Shown: piece after piece, positions 62,886-64,000 of the stretch | How positions within the stretch are numbered: position 1 is the first letter of the stretch | Layout: every line of letters begins with the position of its first letter | NCBI RefSeq assembly: GCF_018350175.1 | Contig: NC_058369.1 | Span: 24,058,001 to 24,122,000, forward strand | Direction: 5' to 3' | DNA: 64,000 nt | Source: Felis catus | Lineage: Eukaryota | Notes under the pieces: model-generated | What the model was told of the DNA's origin: nothing | What the model saw: only the letters and a program-made list of their open reading frames with translations | The model's database searches: none | Position numbers and translations under genes: made by a program

Positions 62886-62934
62886 TGGAAATAGCTTTCT
62901 AAGGATATCCCAAATTTCTTACAGAAGAAACTAC

Positions 62935-63100
62935 TTTATTCATGTATTTATTCATTTATTTGCTTATTTATGAGTTTGTTCATCTCCTTCATTCATTTCA
63001 CTAAAATGTAAGCTTCATCAGGTAAAACATTTTTCTGTTTGTTCACCTAGAATAGTACCTGCCACATAGTAGGTGCTCAATGAATATTTATGAATTTTTG
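62935..63100 (+). mobile_element. L2 3' end
   Basis: cctagaatagtacctgccacatagtaggtgctcaatgaatatttatgaat. Confidence 0.85.
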
Positions 63101-63384
63101 AGCTAATTCATCCTTTCATCCTCAAAAGTTGATGAAATGCCTACCACATGACAGGTTCTAGATATCCAATATGAAAAAGAAATTCCACTATAAATAAAAT
63201 AAAGCCAACTGATGAGAATCTTCAAATTAGAGGAATCAAGCAATGTTTTCTCATTCTAAATTTTGGTCTGAATTTAAACTAGGAAGATAATCTCCTGCCC
63301 TGCCCAAGAAGAATGGGAGGGAAAAAATGTAGACCAGTATGGCACATGTCCCAAAATTATATAACACAAAACAAAACCCTGTTT

Positions 63385-63670
63385 AAAAATGAAACAGCTG
63401 GGTGTAGCTATCAAAAGGTAGGGATCTTTGCAATGATAGAACAGTTCTGTATCTTGACTGTGACAGTGACTACACAAATTTATATCCATGTTGAAATTGC
63501 ATATAACTAGATACACACACACACGAGTGCATGTAAAACCAGAGAAATCTTAATAAAGTTGGTAAATTGTATTTCCTGGTGTGATGTTGTGCTATAATTA
63601 TGCAAGATGTTACCACTGAGGAAAATGATTTCTTATAACAGCATACGAATCTACAATTACTTAAAAATAG
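63385..63670 (+). mobile_element. L1MC-like 3' UTR
   Basis: gaacagttctgtatcttgactgtg ... tgcatgtaaaac ... tgcaagatgttaccactgagg ... gaatctacaatta. Confidence 0.8.
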
Positions 63671-63715
63671 GTTAACAAAACAAAAGAGCAGAATACTTAT
63701 CAAAACATTCTTTAT

Positions 63716-63934
63716 GGGGTTCCTGGGTGGCTCAGTTGGTTGAGTATCAGACTTTGGTTCAGGTCATGATCTCGCAGCTCATGAGTTCAAGCCCCACATC
63801 GGGCTCTGTGCTGACAGCTGAGAGCCTGGAGCCTGCTTCAGACTCTGTGTCTCCCTGTCTTTCTGACCCTCCCCCACTTGCACTCTGTCTCTCAAAAATG
63901 AATAAACATTAAAAAAATTAAAAACAAAACAAAA
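63716..63934 (+). mobile_element. Can-SINE
   Basis: TSD caaaac(a/g)ttctttat. Confidence 0.95.
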
Positions 63935-64000
63935 CAAAACGTTCTTTATATTGACAAAACATTGGAACCAAGGTAAATGTCCAATAAAGAAGTGAACCTA

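Noticed and set aside
8790..63670. Excess of + strand L1 sequence as evidence for a minus-strand host gene
   Set aside because: The bias is dominated by one 9.5-kb block; element counts are too few and too mixed to be informative.
626..63912. Recurrent 60-100 aa ORFs such as MAQSV..LTSAQVMIS.. and GAPGWRSRLSVRLQPGHDLAVREFEP, which look like a paralogous gene family
   Set aside because: All are translations of Can-SINE copies and not genes.
121..63934. tRNA-like A and B boxes
   Set aside because: They belong to the tRNA-derived SINE heads; I saw no complete cloverleaf tRNA gene.
1..64000. A novel multi-gene biological system
   Set aside because: No intact non-repeat gene, operon-like structure, viral or organellar insert, or structured RNA gene was recognisable from the sequence alone.

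Overview
Mammalian nuclear DNA, almost certainly from a cat (Felidae). It carries 21 tRNA-derived Can-SINEs, four of them of the young felid subtype with intact CpGs and 15-20 bp target-site duplications (TSDs). It also carries carnivore L1 pieces and ancient eutherian repeats (MIR, L2, L3, L1M, MLT1, LTR16, LTR33, MER5/20/33, Tigger2-like, MADE2). The window looks intronic or intergenic. I found no confidently identifiable host coding exon, RNA gene, CpG island or prokaryote-style system. The ORF track is mostly noise from SINEs, microsatellites and decayed L1; the only recognisable protein is an L1 ORF2p C-terminal fragment at 42624-43172. The most informative signals are mechanistic scars. 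(i) A 213-bp L1 insertion at 56685-56897 appears to combine a 5' inversion with a 3' transduction. (ii) A 1-kb twin-primed L1 without a poly(A) tail sits inside a MADE2 element. (iii) A 33-bp tandem duplication has a snap-back templated spacer. (iv) A 9.5-kb composite of two old L1s contains the ORF1-endonuclease region twice. Several repeat-poor blocks that retain CpGs (about 3.7-4.8, 12.6-13.6, 32.4-34.5 and 36.5-39.3 kb) may be regulatory, and some contain candidate minus-strand exons that I cannot assign to a gene. Repeat subfamily names come from recalled consensus motifs, and the boundaries of old repeats are approximate.
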